Assembly: GCA_963802945.1 (NCBI GenBank)
Contig: CAWDKY010000032.1
Span: 32,001 to 96,000 of the forward strand
From: an uncultured delta proteobacterium
GTDB lineage: Bacteria > Desulfobacterota > RBG-13-43-22
Direction of reading: 5' to 3'
DNA length: 64,000 nt
Part shown: piece by piece, positions 1 through 10,712 of the stretch
Position numbering within the stretch: position 1 is the first letter of the stretch
Layout: every line of letters starts with the position of its first letter
Translations under genes and position numbers: made by a program
The notes under the pieces: generated by a model
Database searches by the model: none
Told to the model about the DNA's origin: nothing
What the model saw: the letters and a program-made list of their open reading frames with translations, nothing else

Positions 1-2
1 CC

Positions 3-209
3 GATATCAATATGCCGGTTATGGACGGTATTGGTTTTATCCGGGAAGTCAAGGCCACTTCCTTCCGATTTGTCCCTATTTTGGTGTTGAGCACGGAAAC
101 AGAGAGAAGTTTGAAAGATCAGGCCAAAGAGGCCGGTGCCGCCGGCTGGCTGAATAAACCGTTTCGCCCCGAGCAGTTACTTTGGGTCGTAAAAAAATTT
201 ATCAGGTAA
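3..209 (+). CDS. cheY: CheY-like response regulator (5' end outside window)
   Basis: D-I-N-M-P phosphoacceptor, LSTE and KPF motifs; directly upstream of cheA. Confidence 0.85.
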   Translation, partial: DINMPVMDGIGFIREVKATSFRFVPILVLSTETERSLKDQAKEAGAAGWLNKPFRPEQLLWVVKKFIR

Positions 210-210
210 C

Positions 211-337
211 GATGGCTTCGGAAAAAGCCCATTTGCTTTGTTGCGCAGCATCCTTCGTCGTTGCAGCGTACAAGAAAGTACGCCTCACTCCATCAGGATT
301 TGCGCGCCTCGCATCTGAAACTTTCTTCAAAGCCATC
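211..337. repeat. Palindromic miniature element, family A, copy 1
   Basis: Terminal inverted repeat GATGGCTTCGGAAAAAG / CTTTCTTCAAAGCCATC; core GCGTAC..GTACGC shared with copies at 28128 and 54611. Confidence 0.75.
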
Positions 338-379
338 CAATAATTATTTTTTTTAACAAATTTTTCAGGTGGAAATTTT

Positions 380-2482
380 TTGGAAAGCGCCGAACTTCTA
401 GAGATTTATTACTCTGAGGCGGAAGATCTGCTCCAAAGGATCGAGAAATCTCTCTTGACCCTTGAACAGGTGCCCGAAGATTCTACCCAGATCCAGGAAG
501 TATTTCGGGCCGTTCACACCATGAAAAGCAGTTCGGCCATGGTAGGCTTTGATACCATCTCCGAGTATGCCCACCTCTTGGAAAACCTCCTCGATCGCTT
601 GCGCAGCGGCCGACTTCAACCATCCCGGTCTCTCATCTCCCATCTTTTGACCGGCCAGGGACTACTTCGAACCATGATCGAGAAGGCTTCCAGGGGCGAA
701 GAACCGATCTCTCCGCCTGAACTGGCGGCCCAAAAAGAACAACTGGCCCGTTTCATGGGTATTCAGGGTTCAGAAGAAGCCCCTTCTGTCTTGCCTTCAA
801 TTCCTCCTGTGGCGGAAGAGCAAGATCATATTTATAAAATAAACCTATCCTTTAGAGAAGACTTGTTTTTTTCCGGTCAGGATCCTTTGATGCTCCTGAG
901 AGAACTTCAGGACCTGGGAGAGGTTGTCCAGGTGAAGGCCGATTACTCACGGGTTCCAGGGATTGCTGAGATCAACCCCTTTTCCCTTTACCTTTCCTGG
1001 AAAATCCTGTTTCGAACCCAGGAACCTCTTACTTCCATCGAAGAAGTCTTTTGTTTTATCAAAGAAGATCATTCATTGGAAATACTGGATGTGACCCGTC
1101 AGTTCCCTGAAGGGATCGATCTTTCCCTAGCCGACAAACGAATTGGAGACATACTGCTTGAAGAAGGAGTCATCAACCCGGAAGACTTGCTGGACGCCTT
1201 GCAGGATCAAAAAAAAATCGGGCAGGTCCTGGTTGAAAAAGGGAAAGTGGCGGCGAAAACCCTTTCCCTACTCATGACCGAACAGGAAAAAAGCCGCACC
1301 CTGCTAAGGAAATCCACCATCAGGGTGGAAACCCAAAAGCTGGACAACCTGGCTAATTTTGTCGAAGAGCTGTCGGTCAATCTTTCCAGAGTTTCACACG
1401 AATTGGAAGAAAAGGGGCCTAATTCTTCCCGGATCTTGCTGGAAGAAATGGACCGGGTGGAGCAAAACCTAAGAGAAATTCGGGAACAGGTCATGCGGGT
1501 CCGTATGTTCCCCCTGGAAGGGACTTTCCAGAGATTGCAACGGATGGCCCGGGACCTAGCTGTCGAAGAGGGTAAAGATATAAGAGTTGAGATTCAAGGG
1601 GCGGAGACCGAACTAGATAAGGATCTGATCGAGCAGATCACCGATCCGCTCAAACATTGCATTCGAAATGCCATCGATCACGGAATCGAGCCGCCGGAGG
1701 AACGAGAAAAAAGCGAGAAGAACCCTCAAGGCATTTTATCCATCAAGGCCTTTCAGAGGGAAGGCAAGATTATTATCCAGGTTGCGGACGACGGCCGGGG
1801 TCTGGACCAGGAAGCTATTTACAAGAAAGCGTTGGAAAACCAACTCATCCCACCGGGAACCAGACCTGCCCAGGCCGACTTGCAACGCTTGATCCTGCTT
1901 CCTGGTTTTTCTACCACTGAGACCGTTTCCGATCTCTCCGGCAGAGGAGTCGGTTTGGATGTAGTTCGGGACCAGATCCATCGTATAGGCGGCCTTATTG
2001 ACATTTCTTCTTCTCCCGGACAGGGGACAACCTTCACTTTGAGTATCCCCTTAACCCTGGCGGTTATGGAAGGTCTCCGGATTGATGTCGGAGGGGAGTC
2101 TTATATTGTACCTGTTTCTTCCGTCCTAACGGTCAGGAAGGTCCAGGAACAGGATATTAAAACCGTCGAGGCCCGTGAGGAAATGATCCGTTTCGAAGAG
2201 CAATATATCCCGGCAATTCGTCTGGAAAACGTATTAGGTGTTCCCCGGGAAAAAATCAACGGTCAAAAGATCGCTCTGATCCTGGACAGTCAAAAGAGAA
2301 GATTTGCCCTGCTGGCTGATCAGATATTGGAAACCCGGCAAGTGGTTATCAAAGGCTTGGAAACCCATTTCCGTTCTATTCCTGGATTTTCCGGTGGAGC
2401 TATTCTCGGAGATGGGAAGGTGTGCTTAATCCTGGATATTTATGGCCTGGATCATTTGATCTTTGGGGACTCCATGACCTGA
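380..2482 (+). CDS. cheA: Chemotaxis histidine kinase CheA
   Basis: HPt motif FRAVHTMKS; HATPase motifs RNAIDHGIE, DDGRG, SGRGVGLD; C-terminal CheW domain; TTG start. Confidence 0.95.
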   Translation: MESAELLEIYYSEAEDLLQRIEKSLLTLEQVPEDSTQIQEVFRAVHTMKSSSAMVGFDTISEYAHLLENLLDRLRSGRLQPSRSLISHLLTGQGLLRTMIEKASRGEEPISPPELAAQKEQLARFMGIQGSEEAPSVLPSIPPVAEEQDHIYKINLSFREDLFFSGQDPLMLLRELQDLGEVVQVKADYSRVPGIAEINPFSLYLSWKILFRTQEPLTSIEEVFCFIKEDHSLEILDVTRQFPEGIDLSLADKRIGDILLEEGVINPEDLLDALQDQKKIGQVLVEKGKVAAKTLSLLMTEQEKSRTLLRKSTIRVETQKLDNLANFVEELSVNLSRVSHELEEKGPNSSRILLEEMDRVEQNLREIREQVMRVRMFPLEGTFQRLQRMARDLAVEEGKDIRVEIQGAETELDKDLIEQITDPLKHCIRNAIDHGIEPPEEREKSEKNPQGILSIKAFQREGKIIIQVADDGRGLDQEAIYKKALENQLIPPGTRPAQADLQRLILLPGFSTTETVSDLSGRGVGLDVVRDQIHRIGGLIDISSSPGQGTTFTLSIPLTLAVMEGLRIDVGGESYIVPVSSVLTVRKVQEQDIKTVEAREEMIRFEEQYIPAIRLENVLGVPREKINGQKIALILDSQKRRFALLADQILETRQVVIKGLETHFRSIPGFSGGAILGDGKVCLILDIYGLDHLIFGDSMT

Positions 2483-2614
2483 AGCCAAGGCATGATAACG
2501 GATGCCCGATATTGGAAAAATTCACAACCAAAACCGTTTTTTTGATATTATTAATAATGGTCATTTCGCAATCCGCAATCAACAATTATCAATCTTAAAT
2601 GGGGGGGGTATGTT

Positions 2615-4486
2615 ATGAGCCGGCTGAGTCTTAAGGCAATTGAAAAAAGCCTTCGGTTTAAAATCCTGGCCATCCTGGTGATTACCTTTGGCGTGCTCGG
2701 GGAATTTTTAATGGTCCTTGCCAGGTATTTCCATTTCTCAATTCAACAGATTTTTTACCTGGGCATCTTAGGTGGGGTAGCCATTATCGTCATCGTTTAT
2801 TTTTGCCTGTATAAGTTGATAACCCAAAGGATAAGGATCTTAACCAGGCTGACCCGGGAGATTGGTCAGGGAAATTTGGATCTGGAAATTCCGGTTCAAG
2901 GAGGGGATTCCATTGGGAGATTGGCCGACAACATCAGAACCATGGTTCTAAACCACAAGGATCAGATTGAGTTCGCCAATATTCTGAAGAAGGCCATTCC
3001 TGTTCCCTTGTTTTTTGTCGATCCGAATATGACCGTAACCTTTTTAAATCGAACGGCTTGCGGGACCTCCGGCTTAACCGCCGAGGAGGTGGAAGGCAAG
3101 ATGAAGTGCTGGGACGTATTTAATTCCAACAAGTGCCAGGAGGAATGTATCCTGAAAAAAACCCTTAAAACCGGGAAATTTATTTTGGGTGATGCTCAAT
3201 TCATCCAACCCAAGAAAGGTAAGCCCATAACGATACTGGCTTCTTCCGCTCCCCTTAAAGATTCAAAGGGAAATATCCTGGGTGCCCTGGAGATCTTTCG
3301 AGATGATTCCGATATAGTTCAGACCCAAAATCTATTAAAAAAAGCCGCTCAAAAAGAGGAGGAAGATCGCAAATATCTGGAAGAACGGGTTGAAAAACTC
3401 ACCAACGTATTGCAAAAAGCAGCCTCGGGAGACCTCTCCATCCAGGCCCCGCTTGATGCTAAAGATGATATCATGGACCAACTCTCAATCAAAACCAATG
3501 AGACCTTTGGCAATATGGGAAGATTGATAGCCCAGACCAAGGGCGCAGCCCTGGGTGTGGCCCATCTGGCTGCCCAAATATCAGGTGGGAATCAGGATCT
3601 TTCCTTGCGGACTCAGCAGCAGGCCGGTACCATGGAAGAAATCAGCGCCACTATGGAAGAAATGTCCGCCTCGATTCTTCAAACAGCCAGTAACACCAAG
3701 CGGGCCGATCAAATGGCCAGGGAAGCCGTTGCCCTGGCTCAGGAAGGAAATCAAGTCCTTCAAAAAACCTCATCATCCATGGATCAGGTCATTCAGTCCA
3801 GTCAAAAGATCTCCGAAATTTTAACTCTGGTCAATGAAATCACTTTTCAGACCAATCTGCTGGCCTTAAATGCCGCCATTGAGGCCGCCAGGGCCGGAGA
3901 ACACGGCCGGGGATTCGCTGTAGTGGCTCATGAAGTCCGAAGTCTGGCCAAACGAAGTCAAGAGGCGTCCAAAGAAATTCAGGACCTCATTCATAACAGC
4001 CTCGACAAGGTCTCCTCGGTCCACAAATTAGTGGGAGAAACGCATACCAGCCTGGATAAAATCCGGACCTTGATCCAGAGGCTTTCCGAACACATATCCC
4101 AGGTAACAACAACTTCTCAGGAACAATCCAAAGGGACAGAAGAAATCAACCAGGCTTTGCTTGAGCTTCAAAATATTATCCAACAAAATGCCACTTTGGT
4201 TGAGGACTTGGCTCATTCCAGTCAGATGTTGGCCGAAAGTGCCGAAGGGCTGCAATTATCCACCGAAGGGTTCATCCTCCCCCAGGAGATCGGGGTAAAA
4301 ATACCGGAATTTCATACGCCATCGCTTAAAAAAAAGGAAAGTCTTGTTAAACCGAAAGACCGCCGGGGGATTGAGCCTCCTATCCGTCGGCGTCCGGAAG
4401 AAGATCTGATCAAGACCGGTTCCCAGGAAGACAAACCCTTCTCCGCAAAAGACCTGGATCTGGAAGAAGGATTTGAAGAGTTTTAA
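2615..4486 (+). CDS. Methyl-accepting chemotaxis protein (TM-HAMP-PAS-signalling domain)
   Basis: [27 protein letters not shown] signature; two N-terminal hydrophobic helices; PAS segment; C-terminal GFEEF. Confidence 0.95.
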   Translation: MSRLSLKAIEKSLRFKILAILVITFGVLGEFLMVLARYFHFSIQQIFYLGILGGVAIIVIVYFCLYKLITQRIRILTRLTREIGQGNLDLEIPVQGGDSIGRLADNIRTMVLNHKDQIEFANILKKAIPVPLFFVDPNMTVTFLNRTACGTSGLTAEEVEGKMKCWDVFNSNKCQEECILKKTLKTGKFILGDAQFIQPKKGKPITILASSAPLKDSKGNILGALEIFRDDSDIVQTQNLLKKAAQKEEEDRKYLEERVEKLTNVLQKAASGDLSIQAPLDAKDDIMDQLSIKTNETFGNMGRLIAQTKGAALGVAHLAAQISGGNQDLSLRTQQQAGTMEEISATMEEMSASILQTASNTKRADQMAREAVALAQEGNQVLQKTSSSMDQVIQSSQKISEILTLVNEITFQTNLLALNAAIEAARAGEHGRGFAVVAHEVRSLAKRSQEASKEIQDLIHNSLDKVSSVHKLVGETHTSLDKIRTLIQRLSEHISQVTTTSQEQSKGTEEINQALLELQNIIQQNATLVEDLAHSSQMLAESAEGLQLSTEGFILPQEIGVKIPEFHTPSLKKKESLVKPKDRRGIEPPIRRRPEEDLIKTGSQEDKPFSAKDLDLEEGFEEF

Positions 4487-4506
4487 CCCTTGGAAAGAAA
4501 GCGATC

Positions 4507-4962
4507 ATGTCTGATACCATCCAATATATTACTTTTTTTCTGGACCAGGAAGAATATGCCCTAGAATTACTGAAAATCAAGGAGATTATTGCCTTTCGCC
4601 CCTTGACCAGGGTCCCCAGGATGGGTGGGTTTATCAAAGGCATTTTAAACTTGAGGGGGGTGATTCTTCCGGTCTTCGATCCTCGTGAAAAATTTGGTCT
4701 CCCTTCCCGCTCCTATGACTCTCATACCGTTATTTTTATCATGGAACTGGCGGGAAGGTTGGTTGGGCTTATTGTGGATATGGCCAGTGATGTCGTTGAC
4801 CTGACGACGGAGGACGTACAGTCTACCCCGGGCTTCTCCACTCCGATACAAAGCGATTACATCCAGGGGATCGGCTCCATCGAAGGCCGCCTGGTCGTCC
4901 TCCTTAATGCCGACCGCCTCCTGGATGAACAGGAGATAGCGGCCCTGGATAAAACGATTTAA
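4507..4962 (+). CDS. cheW: Chemotaxis adaptor CheW
   Basis: TRVP..FIKGILNLRGVILPV motif; operon context. Confidence 0.95.
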   Translation: MSDTIQYITFFLDQEEYALELLKIKEIIAFRPLTRVPRMGGFIKGILNLRGVILPVFDPREKFGLPSRSYDSHTVIFIMELAGRLVGLIVDMASDVVDLTTEDVQSTPGFSTPIQSDYIQGIGSIEGRLVVLLNADRLLDEQEIAALDKTI

Positions 4963-4972
4963 TAAGAAAAAA

Positions 4973-5090
4973 GGGCTCAAGGATTCGAGGATTCGAGGAT
5001 TCGAGGATTCAAGGGTTCAAGTGGTTTTACTTTCACGCCTTACACTCCGCCCTGCGGTCCTTGACCCCTCGGCCCCTTGAATCCTTTGAA
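4973..5090. repeat. Octamer tandem array (GGATTCGA)n with downstream inverted arm
   Basis: ggattcga x3 plus ggattcaa/gggttcaa at 4981-5020; reverse-complement-like ccttgacccc..ccttgaatcc at about 5059-5085. Confidence 0.75.
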
Positions 5091-5175
5091 TAATTTTCAT
5101 GTTTCATAACGCCTGCTGTAAGCGGGCATAAGGGTTTATTAAGTAAATTTTAATTTTTTTCCCAAGTCATAACGG

Positions 5176-6021
5176 ATGAGCCTAATTCCCCCATTAAAAC
5201 TACCTGATTCAGATTTTCTGGCTTTACGAAGGCTTATTGCCGATGAGACGGGCATCCGACTTTCGGATTTTAAGAAGGGCTTCCTTATATCTCGGCTGTC
5301 CCCAAGACTTAAAGAACTGGGGCTCCGGAGTTTTAAAGAATATGTCCGATTGTTACAACACCCTGGTTCACAAAAAGGAGAAATAGGTCTTCTGATTAAT
5401 CAGATTACCACCAACGAAACCCGGTTTTTCAGAGAAAACCATCACTTTGAATATTTGACTGAAACCTATCTCCCCTCATTAATCCGAGAGAACAAAACTC
5501 CAAGGAGGATATCGTTCTGGAGCGCCGGCTGCGCCACTGGGGAAGAGGCCTACAGTCTGGCCATGATCCTATTTGATTTTAAGAGGAAATATCCCTGGAT
5601 ACAACCCCGTATCCTGGCCACCGACATCGATTCCAGAGCCTTGAATAAGGCCCAAGCCGGACTTTTTCCGGACAAGTCCACCAGGCATATCCCGCCCTCG
5701 CTTCTGAATAAATATTTTCTTAGAGGGGTCAAGGAATGGAGCGGCTGGATAAAGGCCCGTTCCTTTATCAAGGAACTGATTATCTTTAAATATTTCAATC
5801 TCCATAAACCAGGGAAGCTTTCCTTAGGACCTTTTGATGGAATCTTTTGTCGAAATGTCCTCATCTATTTCCTACCCGAATCACAGGAAAGGATCCGGGA
5901 GGTCTTTTACCGAAGTTTGATTCCTAATGGGCTGCTCTTCTTAGGGCACAGTGAACTCCTTTTCGGCAAGGAGGAGGCCTTTAAGTCTTTGGGGAAAACC
6001 ATATACCAGAAAAAAGGATGA
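5176..6021 (+). CDS. cheR: Chemoreceptor methyltransferase CheR
   Basis: TTNETRFFRE, WSAGCATGEEAYS, ATDID, FCRNVLIYF, GHSE motifs. Confidence 0.95.
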   Translation: MSLIPPLKLPDSDFLALRRLIADETGIRLSDFKKGFLISRLSPRLKELGLRSFKEYVRLLQHPGSQKGEIGLLINQITTNETRFFRENHHFEYLTETYLPSLIRENKTPRRISFWSAGCATGEEAYSLAMILFDFKRKYPWIQPRILATDIDSRALNKAQAGLFPDKSTRHIPPSLLNKYFLRGVKEWSGWIKARSFIKELIIFKYFNLHKPGKLSLGPFDGIFCRNVLIYFLPESQERIREVFYRSLIPNGLLFLGHSELLFGKEEAFKSLGKTIYQKKG

Positions 6022-6166
6022 TCTTGAAGGGACAAGTGACGAGGAAAAACAGGAATGGGGGAAATTTTGGAGTAATGGAGGAACAAGATGATCCAACATC
6101 ACAATACTCCATCACTCCGTTTTTAAGTGCACTCGTTTTCCCCGTCACTGATGTTAAGGAAATTTT

Positions 6167-6739
6167 ATGCAAACCGGGTTTAGTGAAAAATATAAACTCC
6201 CGATCCATTTCTTGAACCCCGGGGAGTATTATGCCACCGACCGACCGGAGATCCTGAGCACCATACTCGGGTCCTGCATCTCGGTCTGTCTGGTCGACGA
6301 AAAGAACCAAATAGGGGGGATGAACCATTTTATGCTCCCGGGATGTATTTCCACCAATGAGATCCTGATAAGCGAGATCGGCCGCTATGGCCTCTATGCC
6401 ATGGAACTGCTGATTGGGGAAATCATCAAAAAAGGAGGAGACCGTAAGGCCATTAAAGCAAGATGCTTTGGAGGAGGAGCGGTATTACGGTTTCGTCAAT
6501 CCGATGGAGATGTCCCGGAAGCCAATATTCAGTTCATTCGAAAGTATTTTGAGTTAGAAAAAATCCCCCTGGTGGCCGAGGATCTTGGGGGAGCCCAAGG
6601 GCGAAAAATTTATTTCTTTGTTCCTGAAGGCCGAGTCCTGTTGAAGCGTTTAAAAGATATCACTAAAGAACTGATCGACCTGGAAAACAATTACAAGGGA
6701 GCCCTTTTCAAGAAAAGGATGAAGTCAAAAATTTATTAA
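6167..6739 (+). CDS. cheD: Chemoreceptor glutamine deamidase CheD
   Basis: TILGSCISV, GGMNHFMLP, EDLGG..GRK motifs. Confidence 0.93.
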   Translation: MQTGFSEKYKLPIHFLNPGEYYATDRPEILSTILGSCISVCLVDEKNQIGGMNHFMLPGCISTNEILISEIGRYGLYAMELLIGEIIKKGGDRKAIKARCFGGGAVLRFRQSDGDVPEANIQFIRKYFELEKIPLVAEDLGGAQGRKIYFFVPEGRVLLKRLKDITKELIDLENNYKGALFKKRMKSKIY

Positions 6740-6798
6740 AAGAAGGCCAGAGAAACCGGGCTTGATGAGCGTTTCTCTAAATAAACGAGGGATCTGTT

Positions 6799-7848
6799 TT
6801 GAAAAAAATTCATGTGCTGATTGTTGATGATTCCCCGCTGATGCAGGCCTGGCTGAAAAAAATCCTTTCAGCCGATCCTGAAGTCGGGGAGGTGACTGTA
6901 GCTCAAAATGCGGAAGAGGCCAGGAAATCTCTGCAAACCAAGAGACCCGATGTTATCACCCTGGATGTGGAACTGCCCGGAATAGACGGTATTTCCTTTT
7001 TAAAAGAACTTATGTCCACCTGCCCTTTGCCTGTGGTCATGGTCAGTGCCTATACCCAGGAAAATTGTCGAACTACGATCAAGGCCCTTTCCCTAGGGGC
7101 GGTAGATTTTATCCCAAAACCAGGACCTGGTTTAAAAGAGGAAAAAGAAACCTTCCCCCAGAGGCTCCGGGCCAAGGTCAAAGAAGCAGCCCAGGCACGA
7201 ACCATAGCTCCTCTTCCTGGTCCCCCTTTGCACCTTCACCGTTATGGAATAAAAACAGACCGACGCCCGTTCCGGGAAGTGCAAGGGTCTGTAATCGGAA
7301 TAGGGGCTTCCACCGGCGGGACCCTAGCCCTTAACTTTCTGCTTTCTCAATTACCTGAAAATATTCCTCCGATTGTTATTGTCCAGCACATGCCCCCCCA
7401 GTTTACCGGTGCTTTTGCCGACCATCTGAATCAGGTCTCTCAAATAACTGTTAAAGAAGCCTTCTCGGGAGACCGCCTGAAACGGGGGTTGGCCCTGATC
7501 GTCCCCGGGGGAAAACATGGACAGGTCCAAAAAGATCAACAAGGTCTTTTCCTGACCCTGAATGAAAATCCGCCGGTCAACCACCATCGTCCATCGATAG
7601 ATGTCTTGTTCCAATCTATCGCCCTGACCGTTCAGGAAAAAGGGATCGGCATCCTGCTGACCGGCATGGGAGAAGACGGGGCCCGTGGACTCCTGGCCAT
7701 GCGGAAACAGGGGGCCAAAACATTAGCCCAGGATGAATCGACTTCCGCCATTTTTGGAATGCCCCGGGCGGCCATAAAATTGGGAGCGGCTCAGGAGGTG
7801 GCCCCTCTGGAGGAAGTGCCTGCCTGGCTGATAAAAAAGGTGAGGTGA
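6799..7848 (+). CDS. cheB: Chemotaxis response regulator/methylesterase CheB
   Basis: REC domain plus GASTGG, VQHMP, RPSID, LTGMGEDGA, FGMP motifs. Confidence 0.95.
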   Translation: MKKIHVLIVDDSPLMQAWLKKILSADPEVGEVTVAQNAEEARKSLQTKRPDVITLDVELPGIDGISFLKELMSTCPLPVVMVSAYTQENCRTTIKALSLGAVDFIPKPGPGLKEEKETFPQRLRAKVKEAAQARTIAPLPGPPLHLHRYGIKTDRRPFREVQGSVIGIGASTGGTLALNFLLSQLPENIPPIVIVQHMPPQFTGAFADHLNQVSQITVKEAFSGDRLKRGLALIVPGGKHGQVQKDQQGLFLTLNENPPVNHHRPSIDVLFQSIALTVQEKGIGILLTGMGEDGARGLLAMRKQGAKTLAQDESTSAIFGMPRAAIKLGAAQEVAPLEEVPAWLIKKVR

Positions 7849-7857
7849 TAACCGGCC

Positions 7858-8781
7858 ATGAGTAAAATTCTGATCATCGATGACAGCCGTCTGATCACTC
7901 AGTTCGGTAAAAGTATTCTGACCGGCAAAGGCCATGAAGTGTTAACTGCCGATTCAGGAGAAATGGGTTTAGAGCTGGCCATACAGGACCATCCGGATTT
8001 GATTCTTTTGGATGTCATCCTGCCTGGGATGGACGGCTATCAGATTTGTCAAAAACTTAAAGCAACAGGGCAGAGTCAGGACATCCCGGTGATCATGTTG
8101 ACCTCCAAGGCTGAGCCAGCCGACAAGATCCAAGGGCTGATGTTGGGTGCAGTGGATTATGTAACCAAACCCTTTGATGCCGGAGAATTGATCGCTCGGG
8201 TCAATACCCATTTAAAGATAAAAGAGCTTTATGAGGCCCTTCAGGAAAGAAACCGTCAACTCCAGGAATTGGCCAACCGAGACGGCTTGACCAATCTCTT
8301 TAACCATAGATTCTTTCATGAACACCTGACCCGGGAAATGGACCGGGTACGGCGGTACGGCGGAGTCATTACCTGTGTCCTTGTGGACATTGATTTTTTT
8401 AAGAAAGTCAACGACACCCATGGGCATCAGGTCGGGGACAGCATCCTGACCGAACTGGCCCTGATCCTTCAGAAAGGAATTCGGGAAAGCGACCTGGCCG
8501 CCCGTTATGGAGGGGAAGAATTCGCCCTGGTCCTGATTCAAACCGAAAGCCTGGCCGCCCAGTTGGTTTGTGAACGCCTAAGGTCACATATCGCCGCCTA
8601 CCCTTTTACCGTTGTAGATCCTCCTCTTCAGATTACGGCCAGTTTTGGTATAGCCTCTTTCCCCACAACCAGGATTAAAAAAGAGAAAGATCTGGTTGAG
8701 GCTGCCGATCGGGCCTTGTATCAGGCCAAGGAAGGGGGGAGGAACAAGGTGGTGTTGTTTACTCCCGTGAGCGGAGTATAG
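7858..8781 (+). CDS. Response-regulator diguanylate cyclase (REC-GGDEF, WspR/PleD-like)
   Basis: REC domain (LLDVILP); DIDFFKKVND; RxxD I-site (RESD); RYGGEEF. Confidence 0.93.
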   Translation: MSKILIIDDSRLITQFGKSILTGKGHEVLTADSGEMGLELAIQDHPDLILLDVILPGMDGYQICQKLKATGQSQDIPVIMLTSKAEPADKIQGLMLGAVDYVTKPFDAGELIARVNTHLKIKELYEALQERNRQLQELANRDGLTNLFNHRFFHEHLTREMDRVRRYGGVITCVLVDIDFFKKVNDTHGHQVGDSILTELALILQKGIRESDLAARYGGEEFALVLIQTESLAAQLVCERLRSHIAAYPFTVVDPPLQITASFGIASFPTTRIKKEKDLVEAADRALYQAKEGGRNKVVLFTPVSGV

Positions 8782-8925
8782 GAATCTTTATTTACTCCTT
8801 GACAGTCGCTGGAAATATTCGATAGAGTTCCATCCGAACATATATGAAATTTCTATTCTCCAATCAGATCCGTCGGAGATGAAAGGCTGATTAAATCCCT
8901 TCGATAGATACTAGATTAAAATGCC

Positions 8926-8993
8926 GATACTGGATGTAGGATGAGGGATTTTTATCCAGTATCCAGTATCGTTTTTTGGTTTTATCCAGTATC
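8926..8993. repeat. Heptamer inverted array (GATACTG / ATCCAGT)
   Basis: gatactggatg followed by atccagtatccagtatcg..atccagtatcg; same family at 39668 and 59401. Confidence 0.65.
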
Positions 8994-9103
8994 GCCTACG
9001 AAAGAGCTATTGACCATGAGATAATAACAAGTTAGGGATAAATTCACAGATTTAAAAGTTTCAGAATCCACAATAGAAATTATCATTTATTAAGGAGAGG
9101 TTA

Positions 9104-9520
9104 ATGGAACGAACGTTATCCATCATTAAACCTGATGGAGTGGCCAAAGGACTGATCGGGGAGGTCATTAGGAGATTTGAATCCAATGGCCTTAAAGTTG
9201 CGGCCATAAAGATGATCTGCATGGATAAAAAACAGGCCGAAGGTTTTTATGATGTTCACAGGCAAAAGTCGTTTTTCAACAGCCTGGCCGATTTTATGTC
9301 TTCTGGACCCTGTGTGGTCTTGGTCCTCAAAGGGGAAGGGGCTATCGAGAAAAATAGAAAATTGATGGGGGCAACCGATTACACCAAAGCAGAGCCTGGG
9401 ACCATCCGAGCCGATTTCGCCAGCAGTATCGAGAGAAACATAGTCCATGGATCTGATGGTTCGGAAACAGCCCGGTATGAAATCGGATATTTTTTCAATG
9501 CCCTGGAAATAGTCGGTTAG
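9104..9520 (+). CDS. ndk: Nucleoside diphosphate kinase
   Basis: [25 protein letters not shown] motifs; AAGGAG RBS. Confidence 0.97.
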   Translation: MERTLSIIKPDGVAKGLIGEVIRRFESNGLKVAAIKMICMDKKQAEGFYDVHRQKSFFNSLADFMSSGPCVVLVLKGEGAIEKNRKLMGATDYTKAEPGTIRADFASSIERNIVHGSDGSETARYEIGYFFNALEIVG

Positions 9521-9524
9521 TTTC

Positions 9525-10445
9525 GTGTTGGCGATCAAAGAAACGGTCAAAAAGGTTTTTCTTGTTTTCGGCTTCTTGGTTGTATTTTCCTTGGTCTGGA
9601 CGAGTCAGCCCAGAGCTTCTTGTTATACTTTTCCTTCCTCCCTGACCATCTGCAATGAGCCGGTTCCCTTATCGGATCGAAGCGTTTGGGAAAGAATGGA
9701 CCGGGAGTTCATGCTTGGTGTCTATGACCGAGGCCAGGTTTATTTGTGGTTAAAAAGGAGTAAACGCTATTTCCCTTATATCGAGGCCCGACTGAAAGAA
9801 AAGGGGATGCCTGATGACCTGAAGTACCTGATGGTGGCCGAAAGCTCACTTAATCCTCGGGCGATTTCCAACAAGGCGGCAGCAGGATTCTGGCAGTTTA
9901 TTGAAAAAACAGGGCAAAGATTCGGCCTGCAAAAAAAACTCTGGATTGACGAAAGGCTTGACCTGGCCAAATCCACCGATGCGGCCATCAATTATTTGAA
10001 ATTTTTATACGATTATTTTGGGAAGTGGACCATGGCCATGGCGGCCTATAATTGCGGAGAAGACCGAGTTAAAGAGGAAATAGCCCAGCAAGGAGAAAAT
10101 GATTATTTCCGCCTGGCTTTGCCCCAGGAGACCGAGCGGTATGTCTTTCGTATTTTAACCGCTAAAGTTATCTTAAGCAATCCTGAGTTGTACGGTTTTG
10201 ATCTCCCGGAAAAAGAAGGCTATTACCCCATTGAAACTGATTCTATTGTCCTGCAGCTTCCCCATTCGGTTCCCCTTCGGGATATTGCCAAGGCCTGTGG
10301 ATCCTATATCAAGGAACTCAAAGATTTAAATCCGGAAATTCAAGGCTATACCTTGCCAGCGGGCATGTATCAACTAAAAATTCCGGCTGGGAAAAAATCC
10401 CTTCTGGAAAAAAACTTTAAAGATTTTATAAAAACCACTCCCTAA
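9525..10445 (+). CDS. Lytic murein transglycosylase (SLT/MltD-like)
   Basis: Signal peptide; AES catalytic motif; GFWQF, AAYNCG and ETERYV motifs. Confidence 0.9.
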   Translation: MLAIKETVKKVFLVFGFLVVFSLVWTSQPRASCYTFPSSLTICNEPVPLSDRSVWERMDREFMLGVYDRGQVYLWLKRSKRYFPYIEARLKEKGMPDDLKYLMVAESSLNPRAISNKAAAGFWQFIEKTGQRFGLQKKLWIDERLDLAKSTDAAINYLKFLYDYFGKWTMAMAAYNCGEDRVKEEIAQQGENDYFRLALPQETERYVFRILTAKVILSNPELYGFDLPEKEGYYPIETDSIVLQLPHSVPLRDIAKACGSYIKELKDLNPEIQGYTLPAGMYQLKIPAGKKSLLEKNFKDFIKTTP

Positions 10446-10630
10446 CTACCCCTGTTTTTTCAAATAACCGCTTAAAGTGAAGGTTCTGCGGACGCTTCCT
10501 CTCACCAGAACATCTGATTCAACTTTCATTTCTCTTCACCCTCTTCCCAACCCTCCTTGTCAGGTTTGTTCCCACGGCAGGTATCAAGGGAGAAGCGGCT
10601 TGGGGACTTTTTTAAATCCATTATTTTTGA

Positions 10631-10659
10631 TTGACACGCAATATATTGTGTGTTAGATA
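10631..10659 (+). promoter_or_regulatory. Putative sigma70 promoter for small Cys-rich ORF
   Basis: TTGACA-17bp-TAGATA. Confidence 0.45.
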
Positions 10660-10712
10660 CTTCCTATATACTATATGGAGGAAATAGAGGGGGTTTCCCC
10701 CAAGGAGGGGCT

